Shown here: piece after piece, positions 56,151 through 64,000 of the stretch | Position numbering within the stretch: the first letter of the stretch is position 1 | How the letters are laid out: each line of letters starts with the position of its first letter | Sequence record: OZ035800.1 | DNA from: Felixounavirus LF82P5 | DNA: 64,000 nt | Direction: 5' to 3' (one strand) | Made by a program: the position numbers and the translations under genes | Notes under the pieces: generated by a model | Seen by the model: only the letters and a program-made list of their open reading frames with translations | What the model was told of the DNA's origin: nothing | Databases searched by the model: none

Positions 56151-56486
56151 ATGAAAATCAAAGAGATGAACATCAACATTGTCTTAGAAGAACGTTGGGA
56201 GAACATCAAGAAGCCTGAAGATGGCCATAAGTTTCTTAACAAAATTTTAGTAGCAGCTAAAGAAGAACTGACTGGCAAGGTCGCAGCAGCAATTACAATA
56301 AAGGTCTGTGTAAAAGGTCTTCCAGATAATCACCAATTTGCACTTGACGAGTTTAAAGAAAGCTTCTACAATCCAAACAAACAGATGCTTGAAAGTAACT
56401 TTGCAGTATCTACAAGTATCGTCCATGACAGAAGCTTTATCCTTTACAAGAATATGAGAGGTGAGTCATGCAAGCATATTGGATAG
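56151..56486 (+). CDS. Hypothetical protein
   Basis: 111 aa ORF. Confidence 0.4.
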   Translation: MKIKEMNINIVLEERWENIKKPEDGHKFLNKILVAAKEELTGKVAAAITIKVCVKGLPDNHQFALDEFKESFYNPNKQMLESNFAVSTSIVHDRSFILYKNMRGESCKHIG

Positions 56487-56644
56487 AAATTTTACTGTCA
56501 CTTGGTGGCGTAGCAGTGTTTGTTTACCTTCTTTGTAAGTACTATGCAGAGCACAAAAAATGTGACTACTGTAATGGGGAAGGTTATACAAGAGCAGGTT
56601 GTTGCCCTATGTGTGGTGGTTCTGGTAAAATGTTTAACAAGTAA
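56468..56644 (+). CDS. Small membrane-anchored DnaJ-type zinc-finger protein (58 aa), not in ORF track
   Basis: ATG 56468 with AGAGGTGA RBS; one TM helix ILLSLGGVAVFVYLL then CDYCNGEG and CPMCGGSG (two CxxCxGxG). Confidence 0.45.
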   Translation: MQAYWIEILLSLGGVAVFVYLLCKYYAEHKKCDYCNGEGYTRAGCCPMCGGSGKMFNK

Positions 56645-56672
56645 TTTAACAGTAAACTAAGAGGAAAGTATT

Positions 56673-59039
56673 ATGCGCATGGTAAACGACCACGCAGAAG
56701 TGATTAAGAGTTCAACTTCTTTAGAGACGTCTCAAGCACAGATTACAATGACACCTGAAATGTTCAGCCTTTTGAGTTCTGGTGTATATACCTTTAAAGA
56801 AAGGGCAGTGATTCGTGAACTGTCATGTAACGCAGTAGATGCTCAGAAAGAGGCTGGAAAAGAGAACATCCCGTTCCATGTGCATTTGCCTACTCGTTTT
56901 GAGCCTTACTTTGAAGTTCGTGATTTTGGAACTGGATTAACTCATGACAAAGTTATGAGCTTGTACCTAAACTACGGGGCTTCTACAAAGAATGACTCCA
57001 ATGACTACATTGGTGCAATGGGTATCGGCTCAAAGTCACCATTTGCAATTGCTCAGTCATTCACAGTATCTAGCTATGTTGATGGTGTTGTTAATAAGTA
57101 CTCTGTTTACCTTGAGAATGGTATCCCTCAAGTAACTAAGCTGACAACTAACCCAACAAAAGAACCTAATGGTTTAGCTGTACGTGTGGCAGTTGCTGAC
57201 CACCGTATCTCAAAGTTCTTTGAAGAGGCTGGTCACGTATACTCATACTTTGCTGTAAAACCAGAGAGTAATGTGGAGTATAATGATATATTAGCAGATA
57301 TGGATGTGATTGCTCGTGAAGAAGGTGTCTATGATGCCATGACTCATAAGCATAGCTGGCGTTCAAGCAGCAATAGAACAGAGTTTAACGTGGTTATGGG
57401 TAATATTGCCTACCCAGTTAATATGGAGGCATTACTTGGTGATGATTTCTTCAAAGTATTACCAGAATTTTTCCGCAGGAGCATAGACCTTGTAAACATC
57501 TACATGCCTATTGGTTCAGTTGCTATTGCAGCTTCTCGTGAAGCATTGCAGATGAATGACACGACAAAAAATGTTATCATCGAGGCTACTAAAAAGATAA
57601 CTGAAGCAATTACAAAGGATGTTATCAAGAAAGTTAATAGTCAACCTACACTCATGGATGCTGCACAGGCTTATGCTGAGTTACGCTTAAACTCACGAGA
57701 GATGTTTAATGTTGTGTGTCCAAAGCTAGAGTGGGGAGGTGTTAAGCTTGATTCTCTGGAAGAAGAATTACTAAACATTCGTCGTGGAATTATCTACGCA
57801 GAAGACGGCTCAGTCATTTATGAACGTGACGGCAAAGGCAATATTAAGGTTGATAGGAACGGGAACAATATTCCTAAAGTAGATTATCTTTATGACCCAG
57901 TTGCTTATGTCAAATTCAACTCTTTAGAGAGTAAGATTCGTGCAACATCGCTTTCCTACACTCAAGAGGCAAGCATGTTCAATATCTTTGGCGCAATGCG
58001 TAAAAGCCAAATTGAACAGTTTTTGTTTGTTATAAATGACCGTCGCAATAAAAACGGTACTGAGAAGACTGTAGGACGCAATCAAATCTTGCGTGGTGCA
58101 TGTCGAGACTATGCCAGTGAGTCTAGTCTGTTTCACAGATACAATGGTATTGTATTTGTATTCTCGACTGAAAAAGAGCTAGATGACTTAGTCAATCTAC
58201 ACAAACTTGATAAAAGCTTGTTAAAGATTGTGAAGATGTCTGAGAAGGAACACCATTATCAGCGTAAAGAAGCTGTAAGAGGTGTTGTAAAACTCTGGAA
58301 AGCTGTTCCAGCAGAAGGTGTAGCTTCCTATAAAGAGGTTTCAGAGGACTTTGATACAATTGAAGAGCCTCAGCTTTACATTAAGGCAGTTGGTGATACA
58401 GTTGATGGTAGATGTTTTTGCTCATCTCCAGAAGATGTAGCTAAGTCAGTTGCTAATGTTACAGGTAAGACAGTCTATGTTTTCCGAAAAGCAAATTGGA
58501 AAAAGATACCAGAAGATTGGATTGAAGTAGATGAGAAACTCTTGAACGACAGCTTAACTGATGTTCACTGGATTAACCATAACAGATATATGACGCGTAT
58601 CTATATGAATGGTGTCCTTGACCTTACAAGCAGTTGGATTATTGCCAGAAACTTTACGTTTAATAACAGGAAGATTTCTCGCGGGTATTGTTATTCAAGG
58701 GATACTATTAAGACAATCTTCTTAGAAGGGAATGAAGATGCTGTTGAGGCAATGTTTGGTAAGATTCAGTATGTGGCTGCACCGTTTGCATACACTTACA
58801 CTATCAGTGTTCTTCAGGATTTGAAGTCATGCCTTGATAATGACACAAAACTGTACAAAAAGATTAAGAAAGCAGGTGACCGCATGGTTATCAAGCTGAC
58901 AAACTATCTTTCAAAAAGAAAACAAGAAAACTTCTTGCTTTCACACTTAGATTGGAATAAAGTATCACCTATCGAAGTGAGTAAGTTTTTAGGCTTTGAT
59001 GTGAAGTGTGTTCCAGAAGGGACTACAATTTACGATTAA
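56673..59039 (+). CDS. rIIA: rIIA-like protein with N-terminal GHKL (histidine kinase-like) ATPase fold
   Basis: N box ELSCNAVDA, G1 box VRDFGTGL, G2 box GAMGIGSKS; 788 aa; followed by rIIB-like gene. Confidence 0.75.
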   Translation: MRMVNDHAEVIKSSTSLETSQAQITMTPEMFSLLSSGVYTFKERAVIRELSCNAVDAQKEAGKENIPFHVHLPTRFEPYFEVRDFGTGLTHDKVMSLYLNYGASTKNDSNDYIGAMGIGSKSPFAIAQSFTVSSYVDGVVNKYSVYLENGIPQVTKLTTNPTKEPNGLAVRVAVADHRISKFFEEAGHVYSYFAVKPESNVEYNDILADMDVIAREEGVYDAMTHKHSWRSSSNRTEFNVVMGNIAYPVNMEALLGDDFFKVLPEFFRRSIDLVNIYMPIGSVAIAASREALQMNDTTKNVIIEATKKITEAITKDVIKKVNSQPTLMDAAQAYAELRLNSREMFNVVCPKLEWGGVKLDSLEEELLNIRRGIIYAEDGSVIYERDGKGNIKVDRNGNNIPKVDYLYDPVAYVKFNSLESKIRATSLSYTQEASMFNIFGAMRKSQIEQFLFVINDRRNKNGTEKTVGRNQILRGACRDYASESSLFHRYNGIVFVFSTEKELDDLVNLHKLDKSLLKIVKMSEKEHHYQRKEAVRGVVKLWKAVPAEGVASYKEVSEDFDTIEEPQLYIKAVGDTVDGRCFCSSPEDVAKSVANVTGKTVYVFRKANWKKIPEDWIEVDEKLLNDSLTDVHWINHNRYMTRIYMNGVLDLTSSWIIARNFTFNNRKISRGYCYSRDTIKTIFLEGNEDAVEAMFGKIQYVAAPFAYTYTISVLQDLKSCLDNDTKLYKKIKKAGDRMVIKLTNYLSKRKQENFLLSHLDWNKVSPIEVSKFLGFDVKCVPEGTTIYD

Positions 59040-59044
59040 AGTGT

Positions 59045-59074
59045 TTGACAAGGGGCTTCAAAGCCCCTTAGAAT
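59045..59074 (+). promoter_or_regulatory. Sigma70-like promoter TTGACA-18-TAGAAT with hairpin in spacer, upstream of rIIB
   Basis: -35 TTGACA 59045-59050; spacer is perfect hairpin AGGGGCT-TCAA-AGCCCCT; -10 TAGAAT 59069-59074. Confidence 0.5.
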
Positions 59075-59118
59075 AGCCTCACAAATTGATTGATTAACTA
59101 ACAAGAGAGAGTAATAAG

Positions 59119-60228
59119 ATGACTACTAAAACTAAAGCACAGATTGACGCAGAAATTTACAAACTGGTTAAAGAAGGTAAGCTGACCAAAACAGCTATTG
59201 CACAGAAATTTAACACTTCAACCCGTTCAGTTGGTCGTGCTGTAGAGCGTCATGAAGCAACCTTAAAAGGGAAGAAGAAGGTGACTTCTACACCAGCTAC
59301 GAAGACTTTGAAGCAAGTTGCTAAGACTTTTAAAAAGAAAGCTGGCAAACCAGTTGAAAAGGTCGTTAAAGACGCTGTACAGAAAGCTCCAGTAAATAAA
59401 CTGCACGAAGCTATGCAGAAAGATGACAAGATTGAGTACATGATTACTGGTGATTCTGTAATTATGACTTATGGTTCAGAATCTGAAATTGTTGAGTCTA
59501 CTCATCCGAACTATCAAGAGATTGTAGTTCATGTTGTGAAAGGTGAGTTCAAGAAAGCATTTGAACTGATGAACATTCGTAAGTCTATCGAAAACTTCAC
59601 TCAGGGTGCTATCACAATCAAAGGCGACAAGCTATTCTACGGTGCTGTTGAGATGCGTTCTACTCTGGTTGACCGTATTCTTCACATGATGAAAACTGGC
59701 GATAAAGGTTTTGAACGACTTGTAATGTTCTTCGAAAAACTGATGGAAAACCCATCTAAAGATTCTGTAGAACAACTTTGGGGATTTGTATCTCACCTTG
59801 ATGTTGAAATTGATGAAGAAGGCTACATCATTGGTTGGAAGAAAGTCTCTACTCGTGAAGGCAAGCTGGTTGACTCTCACACCTACAAAGTGCCTAATGA
59901 TTTGGGTAACATTGTAGAAATGCCACGTTGGATGGTTGATAATAACCGTAACGTAACTTGCTCTCAAGGTCTTCATGTTGGTGCTTGGGATTATGTTCGT
60001 TGCTTCTCAGGTGATACAATCCTGAAGGTTCGCGTACATCCACGAGATGTTGTATCTGTTCCAACTGATTACAACGATATGAAGATGCGTTCCTCTCGTT
60101 ATGAAGTTGCAGCAATCGTTGATAATCAACGTAAAGTGCTGGAAGCATGGGACGGTAAGACTGAAGCTTTGCATGTCATCGTTGGCACTGCTGGTGAACT
60201 CATCTCTCAACGTAAACGTGAAATCTAA
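59119..60228 (+). CDS. rIIB: rIIB-like protein
   Basis: Segments LVDRIL, ENPSKDSV, CSQGLHVGAW, KVRVHPRDVVSVPTDYNDMKMR match T4 rIIB as recalled; downstream of rIIA. Confidence 0.65.
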   Translation: MTTKTKAQIDAEIYKLVKEGKLTKTAIAQKFNTSTRSVGRAVERHEATLKGKKKVTSTPATKTLKQVAKTFKKKAGKPVEKVVKDAVQKAPVNKLHEAMQKDDKIEYMITGDSVIMTYGSESEIVESTHPNYQEIVVHVVKGEFKKAFELMNIRKSIENFTQGAITIKGDKLFYGAVEMRSTLVDRILHMMKTGDKGFERLVMFFEKLMENPSKDSVEQLWGFVSHLDVEIDEEGYIIGWKKVSTREGKLVDSHTYKVPNDLGNIVEMPRWMVDNNRNVTCSQGLHVGAWDYVRCFSGDTILKVRVHPRDVVSVPTDYNDMKMRSSRYEVAAIVDNQRKVLEAWDGKTEALHVIVGTAGELISQRKREI

Positions 60229-60244
60229 TAAGTAATTTCTTAAA

Positions 60245-60267
60245 AGGCTGCTTCGGCGGCCTTTTTT
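60245..60267 (+). terminator. Rho-independent terminator after rIIB
   Basis: Stem AGGCTGC/GCGGCCT (one wobble), TTCG loop, TTTTTT. Confidence 0.7.
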
Positions 60268-60269
60268 AT

Positions 60270-60297
60270 TTGTATTTTGTGCAGAGTGCTGTATAAT
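60270..60297 (+). promoter_or_regulatory. Candidate promoter for lytic transglycosylase gene
   Basis: -10 TATAAT 60292-60297; weak -35 TTGTAT 60270-60275 (16 nt spacer). Confidence 0.4.
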
Positions 60298-60328
60298 TGT
60301 TGTCACGATAAACTAAACAGGAGAACCA

Positions 60329-60877
60329 ATGAAGAAATTGATTCTAGGTTTGTGCTTAATGTTTACAGCACACTTATCTTATGCAGTTGACTGCCCAGAG
60401 CTATCAATTAGCCAAAAAGTGAACATGTTAAAAGCTTACCAGTATGGTGAGAATAACATGGGTAAAGGTTGGGGTATCACTCTAGCAGCTATAGCCTTAC
60501 AAGAGTCAGAGTTAGGTCTGAAGGTAGAAAATAAAAAGACCCATGACTATGGTATCTTCCAGAATCACTTGAAGACTGTTGTAAAGCGTAACAAAATTAG
60601 TCCTAATGTTGCTAAAAAGAAACTCTTAAAAGACTTTGACTATGCTGCGAAGGAAACTCACAAAGAGCTTGAGTTTTGGACAAAGGTGCATGGTCAGCCA
60701 AAGTCAAAGAAGACTTTACAAAAAGTTTTAGCATCATATAATGCTGGGTATTCGTACAGAATCCCTAAAGCTAAGAAATATTCTCAAGATGTCTATAACA
60801 ACATGAAAGTTATTGCTCAATGTGAATTTGCAACAAACATTTCTAAGGTAAACCATGAAAAAATTAAAAAAGTCTGA
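60329..60877 (+). CDS. Secreted lytic transglycosylase (SLT domain) - candidate endolysin
   Basis: Signal peptide MKKLILGLCLMFTAHLSYA; SLT motifs ALQESELG (catalytic Glu-Ser), YGIFQ, ASYNAGYSY. Confidence 0.6.
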   Translation: MKKLILGLCLMFTAHLSYAVDCPELSISQKVNMLKAYQYGENNMGKGWGITLAAIALQESELGLKVENKKTHDYGIFQNHLKTVVKRNKISPNVAKKKLLKDFDYAAKETHKELEFWTKVHGQPKSKKTLQKVLASYNAGYSYRIPKAKKYSQDVYNNMKVIAQCEFATNISKVNHEKIKKV

Positions 60878-61550
60878 TGAAGTACTGTGTCATGCTTACG
60901 ACTTACATCCTCATGAGTTAGGTCTTGATTCCTGTGTATGGACTCCAGAACAGTGTAGGGATTTTGAAGACACTGCAAGAGAAGTTGTATGTTCACTCGA
61001 AGAGTTCCACACATCAGAACCAATTGTGAATGTTGTAGATAAAGAGACTGGACAAACTATAGGTGTAAGTCGTGATAGCTTAGTCATAGTCAATAAAGAC
61101 CTTGTAGAAAAAGGGAATCTCATCTTAGCAGATATTGATGGTGTTCTTACAAATTTTAATCACGAAGATTGTTCAACGGAATTGACTGACGGTTCATTCT
61201 CGCAGTACACTAATCTTCTTGACTCTGTAAGAGCAAAACCAACGTATGTTTTCAATATCATTGATGCAATTGCTAATCATGCTGCTGTTGGACTCTTGAC
61301 AGCGAGAGGTGAATCTCAGAGAATACCTACTGAGATGTTTTTAAGGCATAACACAGAGCATGACTACATGCTTTTTATGCGTGGTTTTGGGACTAACTCT
61401 ATAAGCGCAGAAAGTTTGAAAGTGAGGATGATTCAGTCTTGCATTCTGCCTTACTTTAATATAGTATGTTTTATAGAAGACACAGAGAAGAATGTGCAGA
61501 AGGTGAACAGAATCCTTCCACACATTAAAACCATGTTAGTTAAACATTGA
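60855..61550 (+). CDS. HAD-superfamily hydrolase-like protein (possible nucleotidase/phosphatase)
   Basis: Motif I LILADIDGVLTNF (DxDG), later GLLTARG and FIEDTEKN; overlaps SLT gene end by 23 nt. Confidence 0.4.
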   Translation: MKKLKKSDEVLCHAYDLHPHELGLDSCVWTPEQCRDFEDTAREVVCSLEEFHTSEPIVNVVDKETGQTIGVSRDSLVIVNKDLVEKGNLILADIDGVLTNFNHEDCSTELTDGSFSQYTNLLDSVRAKPTYVFNIIDAIANHAAVGLLTARGESQRIPTEMFLRHNTEHDYMLFMRGFGTNSISAESLKVRMIQSCILPYFNIVCFIEDTEKNVQKVNRILPHIKTMLVKH

Positions 61551-61560
61551 GAGAAAACTT

Positions 61561-62025
61561 ATGAACAATATCATTACGGTAGCACTGGACGATACGGTAA
61601 ACAAATCTGCAATAGTTCGTAAAATGATTCAAGGTAACTTTGAAGGTAAAATTTTTCGTGCTGTTAATGTAAAAGCTGATGGCAGCATTCGTGAATATCG
61701 TGCATTATTGAATGTTAAAAAACACGTAAAAGGTGCTGGTTCAACTACTGCACACAAAGAAAACCTGATGACTATCTATGATATGGGCAAGGCTTCAGAG
61801 TTAGGTGCTGAAGGTATCGTTAAAGAAGGTGCTCCGTATCGCTCTTTCAATCTGGAAACTACTCTTATGCTTTCCTTTACAAGTGGTTCTAAAACAATCA
61901 CTTATCTCTTTACTGATGCTGCAACGGTATCTGCTATTAAGGATAGCACTGTCAAAGCTGGCGTAGTTGCTGCTGCAAAAGCTTCTTCGATGGCTGCGAA
62001 TATCCTTGCTAAAGTCCTCGGTTAA
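61561..62025 (+). CDS. Hypothetical protein
   Basis: 154 aa, Ala-rich C-terminus, followed by terminator. Confidence 0.4.
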   Translation: MNNIITVALDDTVNKSAIVRKMIQGNFEGKIFRAVNVKADGSIREYRALLNVKKHVKGAGSTTAHKENLMTIYDMGKASELGAEGIVKEGAPYRSFNLETTLMLSFTSGSKTITYLFTDAATVSAIKDSTVKAGVVAAAKASSMAANILAKVLG

Positions 62026-62036
62026 GGTTAAGATAC

Positions 62037-62058
62037 AGGCTCCTTCGGGAGCCTTTTT
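62037..62058 (+). terminator. Rho-independent terminator upstream of spanin genes
   Basis: Stem GGCTCC/GGAGCC, TTCG loop, TTTTT. Confidence 0.75.
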
Positions 62059-62077
62059 CATTTTAGGAGATTGTTAA

Positions 62078-62425
62078 ATGACATTTAAAGAGTTCTGTCA
62101 AGCTACTTTCATAATTGTTTTCTTAGTTGGTGCAGGTGTCTGGGGAGGATACTCTTACAGAGACTATCAAGTTGCTGAAACTGAGCTAAATAATGAGAAA
62201 CTAATAAGTGTTGCTAAAGATGCTTATCAGGAAGGTTTAGCCACACTCAGCACCAATTACAAAAATGATTTGAAAGATGTGCTTGCTAAGAATAAGCATA
62301 CAAAAGAGGTACTAACATATGAAAAAACTAAGCCAGAGTTTTATAATGTTTGTGTTACTGATAACTATGTCAGGGTGTTCAACGAACAAAGTGAGCAGTA
62401 CATTCAAAAACTCCCAAGTAAGTGA
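62078..62425 (+). CDS. i-spanin (inner-membrane spanin subunit) candidate
   Basis: N-terminal TM FCQATFIIVFLVGAGVWGG then charged helical periplasmic domain; o-spanin gene starts inside it in another frame. Confidence 0.55.
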   Translation: MTFKEFCQATFIIVFLVGAGVWGGYSYRDYQVAETELNNEKLISVAKDAYQEGLATLSTNYKNDLKDVLAKNKHTKEVLTYEKTKPEFYNVCVTDNYVRVFNEQSEQYIQKLPSK

Positions 62426-62588
62426 GGGTGATAAGTACACCCAAGAAGAATCACGGTATATCATCAAAGGCAACACAGGCAGCGATGTAGCAGCAGCCCT
62501 TGAGTTCTATCGTGACGGCTTTTACCAGTGCACAATCAAAGCTAACAACCTTATTGACATGATTTTATTAGGGAATAAGCAGCAATGA
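62319..62588 (+). CDS. o-spanin (outer-membrane lipoprotein spanin subunit) candidate
   Basis: Lipoprotein signal MKKLSQSFIMFVLLITMSGC with lipobox; GAGG RBS; overlaps i-spanin 3' end. Confidence 0.55.
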   Translation: MKKLSQSFIMFVLLITMSGCSTNKVSSTFKNSQVSEGDKYTQEESRYIIKGNTGSDVAAALEFYRDGFYQCTIKANNLIDMILLGNKQQ

Positions 62589-62854
62589 CAGAGAATCAAG
62601 ATACTTTTTACGTAGAAGGGTACTTACTGTTACCACGACCAAAAGAGACTTATATGCGAATTGATTTCTCACCAACCATTATGGATAATGTGATGTGCCA
62701 TATCTTTATGCAAGGTGTCACAGCACAGCTTAAACATGTTGGTAAAGAGTGCAAAATAAAGGTTGACACTCATCCAGAAATCAAAGAGAATCACTACACA
62801 TGGTTCTTACCAGATTCTAAAGAAATCTTAGCAGTTCTTAAAACGAGGAAGTAA
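62585..62854 (+). CDS. Hypothetical protein
   Basis: 89 aa ORF. Confidence 0.4.
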   Translation: MTENQDTFYVEGYLLLPRPKETYMRIDFSPTIMDNVMCHIFMQGVTAQLKHVGKECKIKVDTHPEIKENHYTWFLPDSKEILAVLKTRK

Positions 62855-62856
62855 CT

Positions 62857-63183
62857 ATGCAGATTAATGGAAGAGACTTTGTAGCCGTTTACTATGAGAA
62901 AGGTAAAGAAGTTGGCGTAGCACAAGTATCTTACGGCAATGGTAAGTGGCTATATGGAACAATCGCAGTAGTAGGAACAAGAAGTGATACAAAAACCTTT
63001 AAAGATTGTGTTGACCTTCTTGAAGAATCCATCCAGAATCATTGGTGTCTGATATGGATGACTGATAACGAAGTGATGGAGCGTTTCAAAAAGATTGATA
63101 TCAACATTGACAGTATTGAGCATGTTGATTTATATGAACTAACTGAGAAGGTAAACTATGAAAGTAATACTAGCCAGAGATAA
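62857..63183 (+). CDS. Hypothetical protein
   Basis: 108 aa ORF. Confidence 0.4.
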   Translation: MQINGRDFVAVYYEKGKEVGVAQVSYGNGKWLYGTIAVVGTRSDTKTFKDCVDLLEESIQNHWCLIWMTDNEVMERFKKIDINIDSIEHVDLYELTEKVNYESNTSQR

Positions 63184-63385
63184 AAAGACACGAAAACTTA
63201 TAAGGTCAGCAGTATTCATTGGACGAAATGAGGTCATCCCATTTACAGCAAATGATGTGATAGCTTACAGGAAGAACTTAGTATTCACTGACTGCTTACG
63301 TGGCTTCATCTCTGAACCATTGGAAGACTTTAAAAGTCGTTGTGGTAAAGGTATCATCATTCAAGAGGCAATTATTCATGGCTGA
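63158..63385 (+). CDS. Hypothetical protein
   Basis: 75 aa ORF overlapping neighbours. Confidence 0.3.
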   Translation: MKVILARDKKTRKLIRSAVFIGRNEVIPFTANDVIAYRKNLVFTDCLRGFISEPLEDFKSRCGKGIIIQEAIIHG

Positions 63386-63578
63386 CTTCTGTAAAGACTG
63401 TTCTATCGAAATGTTCGGACGTGATACAGGTGACTTAAAAGGTCTTATCACTGAAGATGATTTTAAAGCTGGTTATGCAATGCCAGTAATCTGTGAAGGT
63501 TGTGGGTGCATCTGGGTAGACCATGAGGGGCAACGTGTAAAACCTTCAGAAGATAAAGAATCTTGGGAGAGATGCTAA
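63378..63578 (+). CDS. Small zinc-ribbon protein
   Basis: ATG 63378 with AGAGG RBS; CKDC ... CEGCGC Cys pairs. Confidence 0.4.
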   Translation: MADFCKDCSIEMFGRDTGDLKGLITEDDFKAGYAMPVICEGCGCIWVDHEGQRVKPSEDKESWERC

Positions 63579-64000
63579 ATGGGTATTGTAAAAATCATCA
63601 ATGGTGATATCTTTGCTGCATTTGATAAAGGTAAGTTTGACATCATTGGTCATGGTTGTAACTGCATGAACCTAATGGGCGCAGGTATCGCTGACAAGAT
63701 TTCTAAACTTTACCCAAAAGCATATGAGACCGATACAGAAGTTTATCTCTATGCAGGTGGTATAGGTCACAAACCCTGTGAGAATTTACTAGGTAATTTC
63801 TCTGTAGCACGCTTAAAACAAGGTCGTATAGCTAACCTTTACACTCAGCTTAAGACTGGTAAAGATGCCCGATACAGTGCTTTAGAGTCATCTTTGAAAC
63901 AGCTTAACAGATACTGTGAAGTTAATCAGTTGAAGAAAGTTGGTTTACCTATGATTGGTGCAGGTATCGGTGGACTTGACCCTCAAGCCATCACAGTTAT
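63579..64000 (+). CDS. Macro-domain protein (ADP-ribose binding/processing), 3'-truncated by window end
   Basis: Hand translation MGIVKIINGDIFAAFDKGKFDIIGHGCNCMNLMGAGIADKI ... KVGLPMIGAGIGGLDP; matches macro-domain Gly-rich motifs; GGGAGAG RBS; no stop before 64000. Confidence 0.6.
   Translation, partial: MGIVKIINGDIFAAFDKGKFDIIGHGCNCMNLMGAGIADKISKLYPKAYETDTEVYLYAGGIGHKPCENLLGNFSVARLKQGRIANLYTQLKTGKDARYSALESSLKQLNRYCEVNQLKKVGLPMIGAGIGGLDPQAITV

Overview
This 64 kb window looks like a contiguous piece of a large virulent tailed-phage (myovirus-type) genome infecting a Gram-negative host; the sequence is AT-rich and no rRNA, tRNA, integrase or CRISPR array was found. All calls come from reading the ORF translations and the DNA by eye, with family motifs recalled from memory; no database search was run. 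Layout: (1) a plus-strand structural operon (1-23.6 kb) with large terminase, portal, S49-type prohead protease/scaffold, major capsid, sheath, tube, frameshifted tail chaperone, tape measure, Mu/P2-like baseplate and two tail fibres with His-x-His tips; (2) a minus-strand block (23.6-34.5 kb) with thymidylate synthase, DHFR, small accessory proteins, a two-gene cassette bracketed by repeat arrays, DNA ligase, an HNH homing endonuclease and a family A DNA polymerase; (3) a plus-strand replication and nucleotide-metabolism block (34.8-64 kb) with dNMP kinase, T7-like primase-helicase, SSB, exonuclease, homing endonucleases, NrdA/B/H/D/G, rIIA/rIIB, a secreted lytic transglycosylase and overlapping spanins. 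The most notable content is an adjacent Prs-like plus NAMPT-like gene pair (53389-56097) that fits the phage NAD+ reconstitution pathway NARP1, already described in the literature, with a macro-domain gene starting at the window edge. The best candidate for something undescribed is the repeat-bracketed two-gene cassette at 27.2-28.9 kb, together with the small unassigned ORFs around the NARP1 pair; their functions remain open.
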